A stretch of 63,481 bases of DNA from Calcarisporiella thermophila CBS 279.70 (taxonomy: Eukaryota > Fungi > Calcarisporiellomycota): contig NW_027192192.1 of NCBI RefSeq assembly GCF_041956535.1, positions 400,543 to 464,023 on the forward strand. The letters run 5' to 3'. Both the position numbers and the translations under genes were made by a program. Below are positions 25,046 to 37,922 of this stretch, piece by piece (the stretch's first letter is position 1; the number at the start of each line of letters is the position of its first letter). The notes under the pieces are model-generated. The model saw only the letters and a list, made by a program, of their open reading frames with translations, made no database searches and was not told where the DNA came from.

Positions 25046-27214
25046 ATGCGGGTGCTTGTTCCTAAGCTGGATTTAGCGTTTCTTGGAAACGATACCTCGC
25101 CCACCTCTCCTATCAAGACCCACATATCCCCCTCGTCTCCCCTTGGCCGCCGTTCTTGCACCCTCGACTACCGCTCCTCCTCCTCGCCCGACATATCCTT
25201 CGCCAAGCTCCGCGCCCCCGTTTCTCCAAGCACAGGCCACCTTCCCCTATCCTCCTCCTCCTCAGATGAAATGAAGCGGCACAGCATGCCCGCCGCCTTC
25301 CCCCCTAATACCTCCTCCGGCATCAAAGGCAACATGACCCGGCACTCGCGATCCCCCTCAACCGGCTCCGCCAAGTCGAATAAATTCGTCGCCTCTCTCA
25401 CGTCAGCTTTGCAAATATTCCATCACGATCCCTCGGCCCCGCGCAAGTCCAAGTTTCTGCGTAACAAAAACGGCGCCAAAGGCCCCCCCCCTGCCGCGTC
25501 CCCAGCGATGGCCACCCCCTCCACTGCAGCCATGGCCACTGAGGCCGAGCTACCCGCGGCCGAACCCTCGATTCCCATCGTCATTGCCCCGCTCTCTTCC
25601 TCTCCGCCCTCTATCTTCAGCCTAGACGAGCAAGTGCGTGCGGAACCCATGCTCCCCGCCGAGCTCGCTCAACTCCTGCATAGTGCTATGGAGTCTAAGC
25701 TCCGGGGTCCGCTCATCATCGACATGCGAGACCTCGTTCTGTACGATCAGGCCCACATCCGAACCGCCCTCAACGTCAACCTCCCCTCGCTCATGATCAA
25801 GCGCTTCCGTCGGGGCAAAGTGCACCACTTTTCGCTTGAAGGCTTTATCACCACGCCCGCAGGACGGGCCGCCTATCGGGCGCGTTCGCCCCAAGCGCAA
25901 GAGTCATCAAGAGGGATCTTGACGTCGGAGTCCACGATCATCGTGCTGGACGAGGTCATGAATGAGGCAGCCAGAGACTCGGTGGCTTGGACTTTGCTGG
26001 ACGCCTTGGAGACTATGCTGAGCGAGGCGCCTGGGCGGTCCCGCCTCTGCTGGCTGCGGGGAGGCCACGAGGCTTTTTGCAGAGACCACAAGGACCTGTT
26101 GGCGTCGAGTGAGACGGACGAGCCCGGAGACGACCAAATGCTGCAGCCGAAGGTGGAGCTCAAGCGGCGGCACACCACCGGCTGCAAGGGAAAGGTCCAC
26201 AACAGCATCTTCAACCTGGACACAAGCCGGAAACCGGCCTCGCTCTCCAACCTGCAAACCCGGGAGGTGCAGCCCGCCAAGCGTGCGGGCCTGCGGCGTA
26301 TGGCCACCATTGACTTGGGCAAGCCTCCTCTCCGCATCTTCACGCTCGACCCGCTGGACACGAGCTGCCGGTGCGCGCGTGGTTCGAATAGCTCTGAGCT
26401 GTCGAGCGCAAGCAGCGGGCGGCGAGTATCGGCGGGCACCTCGTGCTCAGGCTCCTTCTTCTCCTCCTCCTTGGTCACCACCCCCTCCACTTCGCCAGAC
26501 TCCTGCTGCTTCTCGCCCATGTCCCCGGCCTCGCCCTGCTCCATTTGCCATCGCCCCGTCACCTCCCACAGCCACGCCGAAGGAGAGGAGCCCTCGCGGC
26601 CCCTCACCTCGACGCCTGTGATGGATGTGTCGGAGATACTGCCCGGCTTCCTTTTCCTCGGCCCCGAGCTCACCAGCCCTCAGCAGCTGGAGCGGCTGAG
26701 CGAATTAGGGGTGCGTCGCATCTTGAACATGGCGGAGGAATGCAACGACGCCGTCTTGGGGTTGGAGAAATTCACGTACCGAAAGGTCAGCGCTCAAGAT
26801 CATGTGGAAATGCGAGGGGTCGAGCAATGCCTCGAGGAGGCGGTGAACTTCATAGGTATAAATAGTTGGTTTTGCAGCATGGGGTTAAGAATAGCTCCTC
26901 TAATCTTGTGACATCCGCTCCTCTCCTCCTTAGATGATGCTCGGCGAGCAAATGAGCCTATATACGTGCACTGCTTTGCCGGTCGCTCCCGTAGTGTCAC
27001 GGCGGTGCTTGCGTTTCTGATTCGTCGCCACCGATGGACATTACGTCAAGCGTATGACCATGTCCTTGAGAGGCGGCCTGGAATATGCCCGAACATTGGA
27101 TTTGTTGCAGAACTAATGCGGATCGAGGAGGGAGAGTTGGGACAAGTCAGTCAATTGGGTACACCTTCTTTGCCTTACGACTCCTTCGAGATGGAAGGGG
27201 TCGGGATGGAGTGA
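25046..27214 (+). CDS. Dual-specificity MAP kinase phosphatase with rhodanese domain, 2 exons
   Basis: Rhodanese IIDMR..HIRTALNV..LRGGHEAF, KIM-like MIKRFRRG, catalytic VHCFAGRSRS, ICPNIGFV; intron about 26856-26932. Confidence 0.9.
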
Positions 27215-27500
27215 AGGATTATTTTTTCATTCAAAAAAAAAAAAAATAGCGAATAAGTCGAAGGGATAAAAATGTTCTTTATTTAACTTTGTGTGAATTG
27301 CTTTTTCTTCCCGATTGTTTTATTAAACCGATTTTCCCTCTTGTGGTTTTATTTATTATTTCTTGTTCCTATTTTTTTTTTTCATTCCGTTTGACTGTAT
27401 CATAATTTTTTTTTTTCCTCTCCCTCTTTTCCTTTTCTTTGGCTAATTTTTAATGATATTGTTTCAGAATTTCTTTACAAAAGCAATAAGCAGACCATGT

Positions 27501-28581
27501 TTAATGAAGCGAACTCATCAGAGCTGTCCGCATTACTCGTGCTATTTTCGTGCACGCACCTATACACTGTTCCACAGCTTGCTCAGTGCGCTCTAAGGTC
27601 ACCTGGCCCTCTTGCCATACGTGGGTCAGTTCCCGTAATGTTGGCATGTATGCTACGACCAGCGAGCCGGTGACGTGGGATTCTTCTTGGAGGGAACAGT
27701 CCATGTAAATGGTGTCGTTGATGAAACACTGTTAATGTAGGATCGAGATAGGTAAGTATTTTTTTTAGAAGAGTACACAGGCTAAGTAAGCTTGTGAAGG
27801 GCACATACTGCTGAACATGCTGCGACCATATCTACCATCTCCACTCCAGCATCGGCCAGCGCAACCGAAGCGGCTGTGATGCACCCGGCAAGGCAGGATG
27901 CTGTGCCGTCATTTTGAAGGATGTGAATAAATATATCCACGGTGGATTTTGGAAAGAGTTCGAGGCGGACGGCGGGAGAGAGAGCTTGTGTTAAAAACGC
28001 GGAGAGTTCCTTTTCTTGAGCATCCTTAAAATAGGTGGGAAAAGGTTAGGTCAACGGAGGGGAAAACTGAATGGCACAATGAAAAATTATGGAGGCGCAT
28101 GGCACGGAAGGAGGAATACCTGTTGATGTCCTCGTCGTTTCGGACATGAGAATGTAGAAAACTTCACTTCACAGTTTAACTTTCCTTTGCCACTAAAGGA
28201 CGGCCGTTTGCTTTGCCGGGGACCATATCTAGATGGAAGGGGGGGGGGGGGAGCGGGATAATGCAGAAATAAGCATACCATAGGGTAGTCAATAAGCAAA
28301 TCTCGAGAATTACACTCCACATGCGATTTTTGTTTGATTCATCTCGATATATGCTGAGCCATTGGCTTGGTTGATAAGTCCAGTTTTTAAAACTAGTATT
28401 GAATAAGAGTGGATTAAGTCAGGATCGATTCTTAACGCTGCACACAGAACTAGACGTTACAGATCGGCCGAATATCCTCGGGTCTTCTATCACGTCTCTG
28501 CACCTCTGTCATATCACTGTCTTCTCTTTCAATAATAGGGGCTACACTGAGCTCCGGACCAAACACTCTTCTTCTGTCCAT
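27501..28581 (-). CDS. MTR3: Exosome RNase PH subunit Mtr3/EXOSC6, multi-exon
   Basis: MDRRRVFGP start, [47 protein letters not shown]. Confidence 0.82.
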
Positions 28582-28758
28582 TTCTGAATCTTTCTATGTG
28601 GATAATAATCTAGCTATAATCGCGATCGGTGAACTTCAGGTGGAAACACCAGGCTGTTTACTTTCGAATGAAATTAACAGTCACATCCTTCATACTTGCA
28701 TTTTTTGGGTCCTAGAAACGCTTTCTTCGGGATTCATCTCAACAGACACCTACCACCC

Positions 28759-30644
28759 ATGACAGAAGCACAACAGCGTGACTCTCCAAATACAATGCCA
28801 GGGACACCTGGTGATCTTCTGGTAGCCGCAGCTGCACCAGTGGACGAGGATCTACCTATTATCCGAGAGGATCAATATGTATTCATTCAAATGCCTAGTG
28901 GAAATGTAAAGGTGGTTAGCTTGCGCAAAAATACGTATGTACTCTGTTGAGCCGATGGCATTCACTCAAAACAAGGCAGACAACCAACTAATGAAAGGGA
29001 AACACAACTATTAGAACTGTTGGGCTAGGGAAATTTGGGAGTTTCCAAGTGAATGATGTGCTCGGGAAACCCTTTGGGCACACCTACGAGATATATGGCA
29101 AGGATAAGGTGAGAATTGTGAAGCGAAGCGAACTGCAAGAAGTAGGTAAGTTGCTGTCCCTGGAGCCTTCCTTCCTGGAATGGGATGTTTAACAGGTACT
29201 CTTTGGCCAGAGGAAACGGGGGCCAACAACCGAGATATCACCGACGATGGCACTGCTCAAAAGCTGACGCGAGAAGAAATAGAAGCATTAAAGCAAGAGG
29301 GACTCATGGGCGAGCTGGAGGGCCAGGAAATTATTAAACGGATGGTGGAAGGGAATACCTCGTTCGAGAAGCGCACCGAGTTTTCAAAGGCCAAATACAT
29401 CATGCGCAAAGAGAAAAAGTATATGAAGACATTCACACCAGTGAAGCCTACTCTCTATTCTGTGTGCGACTACTTCTTCAAGAAAAACCCTGGGAAAATC
29501 AGGTGAGCGAACTGCGACGGGGCTATCTAAAGCCGAGCGAAAATTAACTACTTTTACTCTGCAGAGATATTCGCATAGACACCCTAGCACAGCTTTTAAG
29601 TTTCGCCAACGTGCATGCACATTCCAAACTGCTAGTCGTTGACGACACACAGGGAATGGTATTGGCTGGAGTTGCTGAGCGGATGGGAGGTAAGTGTGCA
29701 CATAGTTCATGGTCCCCTACTTAGCTGTAATGCTAATAGAGCGGATTGATTTCTAACCATGACTTAGGATATGGATCCATTCTTGCCATCCACGATGGCG
29801 AATTCCCAAATTACGACGTGCTACGCTACATGAACTTTTCACAGTCCGTGCTGGATACAATTAAAATGCTCTCCTGGGCAAAAGTGAGAAAAGATGATGA
29901 CGAAAGTAAGCTTTATAATGCGATTTAAATTGTACAAGCAAAAACCATCATGCATGACTTCATTTTTATTGTCTATCTCGCAACTAGAACCATTCGAATA
30001 CAAGGATGAATCCACATTAGATAACCGAGAACTCTCTGGGTATAAACGTCGAAAACTCGCTTATGAGAAGTTACAAACCGCACGCGAGCTTCTGTGGTCG
30101 GGAGAATTCGACGGGTGAGTGTCCAGTAGGGGGAAAAAAAACATGGGGTGCCAATTAGCAACCTAATGTGCCGTTTCTTTTTTTCAGGTTAGTAATCGCC
30201 AGCCAGTTCACTCCCGAATCCATTCTCGCCGAGCTGCTTCCGTTCGTTTCCGGCTCACGCCCGATAGTGGTCTATAGCCCTTATAAGGAGACGCTGCTTG
30301 ACGCGGTGGTATGGATGCGCAAATCACCAAGTTGCTTAAATCCCCAGATCACTGAGAGCTGGCTGCGGCCATACCAAGTCTTGCCTGGTCGTACCCACCC
30401 CGCCATGATGACAAGTGGGCATGGCGGCTATCTGCTAACGGCCACAAGAGTAATTGACTGTGCAGGGGAGCCGGCATTCGTGGGCAAGCGGAAGCAAGAG
30501 GAGATGCAGCAGAAGAAACAGAATGAGTCTGAAGAGGAAGCGATGAAGGTGGATTCGGCGGAGGATGACGAAAGGCGGAGCGAAGCCGACGGGTCGACTG
30601 ACCTTGACAATGGGGCTTCAAAACGAAAGAAGGTGGACGAATGA
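28759..30644 (+). CDS. TRM6: tRNA m1A58 methyltransferase non-catalytic subunit Trm6/Gcd10, multi-exon
   Basis: AQKLTREEIEALK, SFEKRTEFSKAKY, IRIDTLAQLL, ESWLRPYQVLPGRTHP..GGYLL. Confidence 0.92.
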
Positions 30645-31246
30645 TACGCTTGTAATCTGCTTTATAATAATGCACTCTAGACTTTTTTTTCATGTCCTTA
30701 TTGTTGATAAAGAATTCCACTCTCGAAATTTTAATTTAAACACAGGAAGCCGTTACATAAATTCTTGCTCTGATGGATCTGGGTCCGTAAGGAGTGCACG
30801 CAAGAATTAGCTTTACTTATCTCCAGATAGGCCAAGGGGAGGCTAATAAGCCCGGTCCATATGGACCAAGTATGTGGGCATCGCACTTATTTGGCTGACA
30901 TGGATTTGATGCAGGTATCTTTGTGCGGATACAGAATTTAAAAAGAAGAGCTCCAGCCGATTTCCATGAATAGCGGTGGAAAACAGTTGCTATTAGGACG
31001 CCAGAAATATAAGAGGCTTCGACGCTTTTAACATAAAGTGATAAAGGATAAAAGTTTAGAGCAAACTCACTGCTGAAGAGAGGAATAAAATAAAACATCA
31101 CAATCCCGCCAATGCAAATAAGAGGGGCCTGTGGTCGAAAGAAATATAGATATTCTAATAAATCAGCGTGATAATGAAATTGGCATGAAAAAAAAAAAAT
31201 AGAGTGAATATATAAACATATACATATGAAATAAAATTGGAAGTGG

Positions 31247-32546
31247 CTATCCTTTCTGATATGAAGCGGATTTGCGTTTTCGGGCATGAATCTGCGCTAG
31301 TGATTCCACTGTGCTCACCAGGAAATACGCGAACATCAAGAGGACAAAACCGTTCCATATTCGCGCAACAAGCCCTGCTTTGGTGAAACTTGCCTCCCCT
31401 CCCTCCCTAATACCGCGGGAGAATGCGGTGGCCTGGCTACGTACTAGGCCCTCCACGAGGTCATGAAGCCATGGCCACACACTTCGGAGCCATATGAGCA
31501 CTGCAGCAAGAGTGTCTGCCGAAGAAATAACAACGATGGCAAGGCCTTGGATGGTGGCTTTGATGAAAGCCTTGCCAAGTAGCGTAGCGCCAAAGAAAGT
31601 CCAAAATGGGACTTGGAAATGGCCACAAGTAATGCCTGCCAAATCGAAAGCGGGGTTCGGTATCTATCCGATGGAAGGCAATGCGGAGACCGGTGAGTAT
31701 CACTCGAATTTTCTCAACAGCTTCATACGAATTCCGAAAGGCGGTATTTACCGATGCGAACAAGAGAATCCCAAAGAATCCTAGCCGGTCCAGTACCCAT
31801 CGAACACAAAGCATCACGCGATCCTGTAGCGTGAGGGTCTCCGGAGCTTTCTTATACACAGCCTCCAGCTGCTCTAATGATTCGTGTTGATTACCCGAAA
31901 GGGATGAAGCTTTTGCGACAAAATAGGGTGGTAGCTCCCCAATGGCCGTCCCGACGCCCCAAAAGAATACCTCAAGTTGCACGCGCTGATACACTTGTAG
32001 GAGGGTGAAGTCTGAAGGTGAATAGGTTGCGCAGCGAAACTTGGAGTCACCGCGGGTGGCGAAGTTGAGATGGCCGCATTGGTAGGCGAAGAAAGTGACC
32101 TCTGCAATGTGTGGGGCTAGGAAGAGCACAAAAGTATGGAGTCCAGAGCCAAGTCCGATTGAAGAAGCGATCCCTAGAAAAGTCCACCAGCTGTACCATT
32201 CCAAATTATTCCTAACCACCTCAAGTATCTGATCAGAGGAAGGATAGAAAGTTAGGATCGCGAAAAATGATCTTGGAATTAGGCTGTATACTTTATTGTG
32301 TGGCCCGGCTACCCTTGATGCACTGACCAGAGCGATCACTAGCAGAACGGCCACTGCGGCGGATATTCTGCGGCGAGACACTAGCCTACTTGTTGAGTAC
32401 AGTGCCTTTCTTAATTCTTCACTTGTGTATGCGAGGAAATGAGCAAGCGTAGTAAACGGCTGTCTATAGATAGAGAGAGTTCGTTCTGGAGGTTCGAGAA
32501 TACGGCGACGTTTTTTAAAAACGTTTGTTAGCGCTACAGTTTTCAT
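31247..32546 (-). CDS. VMP1: Vacuole membrane protein 1 (DedA/VTT superfamily scramblase), multi-exon
   Basis: LGIASSIGLGSGLHTFVLFLAPHIA, WGVGTAIGELPPYFVA, LFAS|IPNPAFDLAGITCGHF..PFWTFFGATLLGKAFIK. Confidence 0.92.
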
Positions 32547-33156
32547 GTTAAAAAATACAAAAAGGTTTAGATTGGAGATTGGGAAGCAATCGGGTCGGCG
32601 AGAAGATAGTACCTTTCCGTTTCCTTGACCTAATGTGAATTTGCGACGGTTCCCCGTTTGGTTTCCGCTTTACCAAGGCCATCACAGCAAGGTATAAATA
32701 ATGAATGAAAAGGGAACGGTATTACTGATGAAAAATGAGCTATTGATAGAATGATCAAAAAGAGTTCACGTGTGGAGATGAATGGGGAGATGCGCTTAAC
32801 ATTAAAACCGAATTAATGATGTGACTTGTGAGTGGAATCGGAATCTCAGGAACCAATATTTTGGCGGCATTTCGCACAAATGATATTGGCGTCTTGTGAT
32901 TAGAGTCAAGAGGCTCCCTCGTCTCTCCTCACCATATCGCCCAAGACCATTTGTCATAGGGCATTTAACCGGTTCCAGGGGGAAAATAAACCGCCTCTTT
33001 GAAATGTTCTACGCATACTCTCAATTAATTGATTATGGTCTGCTCTACATGGCGTGCATACTTTCAACATTCCTCGAAGGATCAACGAATAAAATAGGAT
33101 TGATCTTGAATATTTTGGAGTTTCCGCCAGATACCAGGCGCATATGGTCATGCATC

Positions 33157-33545
33157 TATTAACTTAACTTGAATAGTCTCACGCTCATCACATTTGATAG
33201 TGGGCCGTTATTTCTATGGGCTCACGCACCAAACCCAGAGAAATGCCCCGTTACAGCTTCTTTGGAGCACCATCATTTGATGCCCGCACTAGCTTGATGG
33301 CGTGCCCTGGCAGCAGCTTGTCAAATATGCTTTCGCTTTCTGTGCTTGCAATACGAGCTTAATCGGTGCTTGCATGAGGAAGCTTACTTATGAATATGGA
33401 TTGCCATCTTAAATGAGACTATATGAATAGATCCATCTAGAGAGGTTAAACATTTAATAGCCTCAACCTTGTTCCGACGAAGGGAAATACGGGAGTAAAT
33501 CAAAAAGCATGTTTAAACACGGGGGCTATATAGTTAATGTTGATA
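33157..33545 (+). ncRNA. Candidate RNase MRP/P-like structured RNA (tentative)
   Basis: Terminal stem TATTAAC-TTAACT/AGTTAA-T-GTTGATA, inner stem ATAGTCTCA/TGAGACTAT, P4-like GAAATGCCCC/ACACGGGGGCT; CR-IV motif not found. Confidence 0.25.
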
Positions 33546-33701
33546 CTTAAAATGGTCCAATTCAATATTGCTTCAGTATTCGGCCTCGTTAACTCGGATC
33601 ACCTAAGCTTTGCGCATTTTTGCCACCCTTCTTAAATAGCTGCGCCCCCTTGGGTTGGAATATTCGTTGAGCATTATTGAATAGAAAACATTAGTCAAGG
33701 G

Positions 33702-34280
33702 ATGCCAGAGCTACAAGATCGTCTCCGCAACCGAAAACGGTACATCGAGCTTAGTGACGAGATACCCGATCGTCCCGATCCGGGGTTTACAGACGCACAA
33801 TTTGAAATACCAGAGCAGCCAAGTATGCTTACTTTTTACGCTAATAATAATGCAACAATGGCTTAATATTGCCCCATACATTAAGTTCCGTGGAAGTCGA
33901 TATACCTTGCGGTTTTTCTTTTTATGATTGGAAGTTTAGGAGTGACGCTGGGTGCTCTAATATATGTTGGAATAATTGCACAGGTATGGAAATTGGGCTC
34001 TTCTGCACCTGATCTGATACCCTAATTGATAATTTCCTCTCTTAAAATGCACAACCTAGTCTGCACAAGACTCAGGCTTGCCTCTTCTCATCTTGGGCTC
34101 ATTGTGTTTCATTCCGGGTTTGTTATTAGTTGCATTATAGAATTCTTTCCTTTAACTTTGCAAGCTAATTCGTATATGCGTTGATATATCTTAGGATCCT
34201 ATTACACCTATATTGCGTACTATGCATATAAAGGATACGAGGGATATGATTTTTCACAGATTCCTGACTGGGACGATTAG
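33702..34280 (+). CDS. TMEM230: Transmembrane protein 230-like (DUF872), 4 small exons; absent from the ORF track
   Basis: Spliced [61 protein letters not shown]. Confidence 0.88.
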
Positions 34281-34792
34281 ATATTTATAATATATAGCAT
34301 TTTCTACCGCCTCTGCGCGAAGGATTTTCTTCTAAAACTACCCTTGTTATATAGTATAAATTGAACTACAACTGAGAAGGCCACAGTTGCTTGCATTTCT
34401 CGATTTCTAAAGGCTATTAATTGCCTTCCTCCCTCTCTGCTTGTATCCCCTTTCTCTCTCCCCCTCTCTCGCATTTGCTCGCAGATATCTACTATTCCGT
34501 GGCGCTGACATCATATATATAGATCCTTCTAATGCTGATTTCAGCTGATCTGAATCACCCATAAATATTTAAACAAATCTCGCCTTTGTCTCTTCTTTTC
34601 TCTACTCAACAACAAAACCATGCCTTTGTTCTAATAGCCAACTTGATTAATTATACAATAAATTGTTTTTCTTTTGTATCTTCGCTCTTGTGTGTGTTGA
34701 AGAGAAAGAAAGGCTCTTTCTTGCTAATTTCTCACTTTTCTCTCATTTTCCTTTTCTGATATCATCCTCCTCTCCATTCCCTTTCAGAGATT

Positions 34793-36580
34793 ATGAGTAC
34801 GGCGAACGTCCGCCAGGTTAGCTGATCCCATTATTTTTTATAATTATCTCATCATCGTCAAGCATTCTCCTGATTTTATCAGTTTACTAATGGCAATGCT
34901 GATCATTTGTTTATTAATCTACTGAAATTAGACACGTTCCCGCACTGCGCTATTGAGGAAGGTAGCCGAGAATGATGAGAATCGGAGCATCTCTGCGCGT
35001 GATGCGCATCCAGTTCAGAAGCCAGCGGAGAAGAGGCGAACTATGGCAGAAAATGTGAGAGGGCAAAATGTAAACCACCTTTTTTGCGTAAGTCAGGTTC
35101 GATTCCTCACGCTTCAACTATTATGTAGAATGTTAATGGTAAAGAGAAACCTGGAGCGGCTGAGTCACGGATTCCCCTCCGATCCCGACGCACTGCAAAT
35201 GGAACGGCACCAACATCAACAGCCATAAGGCCTGTTCGCCAGACCACTAAAAAGGCGGCGGCGACAAAGGTGGATGCCGCTGTGCCCGCGGTCTCACGCG
35301 GAAGATCGTCTACGGCAATGGCGCCTGTAGCAACTGCCTCTATGTACGAGGAGGCTCAGGTAGTTGCTAGCACTGGCGCTGCTGTTAGGGTAGGCGCAAA
35401 GCGTTCCATTCATGCTGTGATTCAAGACTCAGGAGGAGTGGACGCTACGAAGCAACCCGCTGACGATGCCACCCTTCAGGCTGCTCGGGAGCATGAACAG
35501 GCTGAAGAATTGAACCGCCGTATTAAGCGCCAGAAGTCGCAAGATTGGGATGATTTGGACGCGGATGATGCGGATGACCCATTCATGGTGTCTGAGTACG
35601 TGGTGGATATATTCGAATACCTGCGCAAGCTGGAGGTGGGTCCATATCCCTTGGGCGCCAACAGCCTACACATCCCCTAACCCATGTCCGATAATTTTAT
35701 TCACATAGCTCGAAACCATGCCGGACCCCAATTATATGGACCGTCAAAAGGAATTAGCGTGGAAAATGCGCGGCATCCTCGTCGACTGGTTAATCGAAGT
35801 GCACGCCAAATTCAAACTTCTGCCAGAGACCCTTTTTCTCACGGTCAATATCATCGACCGATTTCTCTCGCGCAAAGAAGTCTCGCTCGTTAAGCTTCAG
35901 CTCGTCGGCATCACCGCTATGTTCATCGCAGCCAAATATGAGGAGATTGTGGCGCCCTCCATTCAGAATTTCCTCTACATGGTGGATAGCTCGTACTCGG
36001 ATGAAGAGATCCTCAAGGCGGAGCGATATGTGCTTCAGGTGCTTGGATTTAGACTCTGCTACCCGAATCCGATGAATTTTTTGCGTCGCGTCTCCAAGGC
36101 GGACAACTACGACATACAAACAAGAACGGTGGCCAAGTATCTCCTGGAGATCCCGCTGCTCGATCACCAATTCCTCAAATACCCACCCTCCATTCTCGCT
36201 GCTGCCGCTATGCTCCTCTCCCGAAAAATGCTGAATCGTAGTGAGTGGGTAAGTTGAGTTGTGAGGAGAGTGCATAGGTACCGTAGTGCCGGATTCATAT
36301 CTCACTTGCTTCATTAGGATGCCAATCTGGTGCATTATTCTTGTGGATATACGGAGGAGGACTTGAAAGAGGTGGTAGACCTTATGTTGGATTATCTGTC
36401 GAAACCGCCTCGACATACATCGTTTTTTAAAAAATATGCAAGCAAAAAGGTAATTCTTTTTTTTTTGATTTCGGAAGGGTACATGCTAACGCGACGTTCT
36501 GATCTGGGTCGACCGTATAGTTTATGAGGGCAAGCCCGTTTGTGCAGAAATGGGTCGAAGAGAACCATACGCCGAAATAA
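34793..36580 (+). CDS. B-type mitotic cyclin (Cdc13/Clb-like), multi-exon
   Basis: DDPFMVSEYVVDIFEYL, MRGILVDWLIEVH, LQLVGITAMFIAAKYEE, PNPMNFLRRVSKAD, KKYASKKF. Confidence 0.94.
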
Positions 36581-37099
36581 TCCCGTCCCATCCTTCCTTT
36601 CTCCTCGCCTTCTTCTTTTATATATCCCGTTTGACTTCTTTCATTCCTTTGTAAATATAAAAAAAAATCCCTTACAAAAAATGATGCTCTCGGATTCTTA
36701 TTGTTATTTTTTTTCTCCTTAAGAAAAATAAAAGTTCCTCGTGTTTGTTTGTTTTTATTGATTTATTTTATGATTTATTCATTTCTATTTTATCGTTGTT
36801 TGTGTTTAGTTATTCCTCATCTTTAGATTCATTTTATTCTCTTCATCCACTCAATGAAACGTTTAACCATTATCTTTCTCTTGTTTGCCTTCCATGCGAA
36901 AAAAGAGAAGAGGTGTAGAGGACTCCAGGCCAAATGATCACAATTAATAATATTTAAATTTTGGTGGTATTAGTACAAAGCGACGCAGAAAATAAAATGC
37001 AAGGAAAAAGAAAAAATAAACATCTAAAAAAAATTCCCTCTCGACATTTGCGGCCCTCTCCCATATAATAACCAACCTCCCAATCTCCCTATTTTTGCA

Positions 37100-37922
37100 C
37101 TATTGGCGGTCAATCACCCCTAGATAATCTTCCTTGATGGTTCCTATTGCAAACTGAAGAGAGGATGTATGCTGGTTAGTATCATTACAGAGGCCCTATA
37201 TCATTCCCATCTCAATTAATTACAATTTCTGTGGCATCCACACGAGTTCCTACGATTTTGATACGCACATGTACATCCTTTTTGATTTCCTGGAGGATAA
37301 AAAGTACACATCCAGGTAAGTTTCAAACAGAGGTATGAAATAGGGAGAGGGAAAATGGGCTTAGTAACATAGGATAGATTACCTGGTCTTCAGAGGCATA
37401 ACAAGGGGGGTTGCTATGCGGGTCAAACTTCATGTCCTGGGGTATAAGCTAAGGAAGAGAGAAAAAAGATCAATGGAGATCGATGGGCATTTTGTGGGAA
37501 AATAACCCAAAGAAAGAAAACCTACATGACTGGAAACAAAGACTTGTAGCGGTCCTACCTCGGCGAAAAATCCCATCTAAAAAGTTTGAAAGTTGTAGCA
37601 GCCAGGATCATCCAAATGGCAGCATCTAGATCTGCTCTACCTTATTGACCGTGGTCACGATTCCGTCCACAACTTCTCCTTTGAAGGGCTTGAATACGAT
37701 CGCCCGATATGTTACTCGGAACTCGGCTAACCCGCTTCCATGCAGCACTTTTCCTCGAGACATCTCAATGACATTGATGACGCTAATAATGTAACCAAAT
37801 CGGCCGGAACAAGTGCCTTCCACATTGGCGTGCAGCTCCTTGTTGATAAAGGCAGCCATATCAGGACCAAAGTAGGAGGGATGAAGCTGGATTGTGTGGA
37901 AGAGGGTTTTAACGAAGAACAT
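37100..37922 (-). CDS. RPB7: RNA polymerase II subunit Rpb7, multi-exon
   Basis: MFF..LHPSYFGP, VEGTCSGRFGYI, FKPFKGEVVDG, GFFAEVGPL, IVGTRVDA, AIGTIKEDYLG. Confidence 0.95.

Noticed and set aside
30768-30810. CTGATG inside a hairpin resembling a hammerhead ribozyme core
   Set aside because: It reads CTGATGG rather than CTGANGA, and there is no GAAA in the required position
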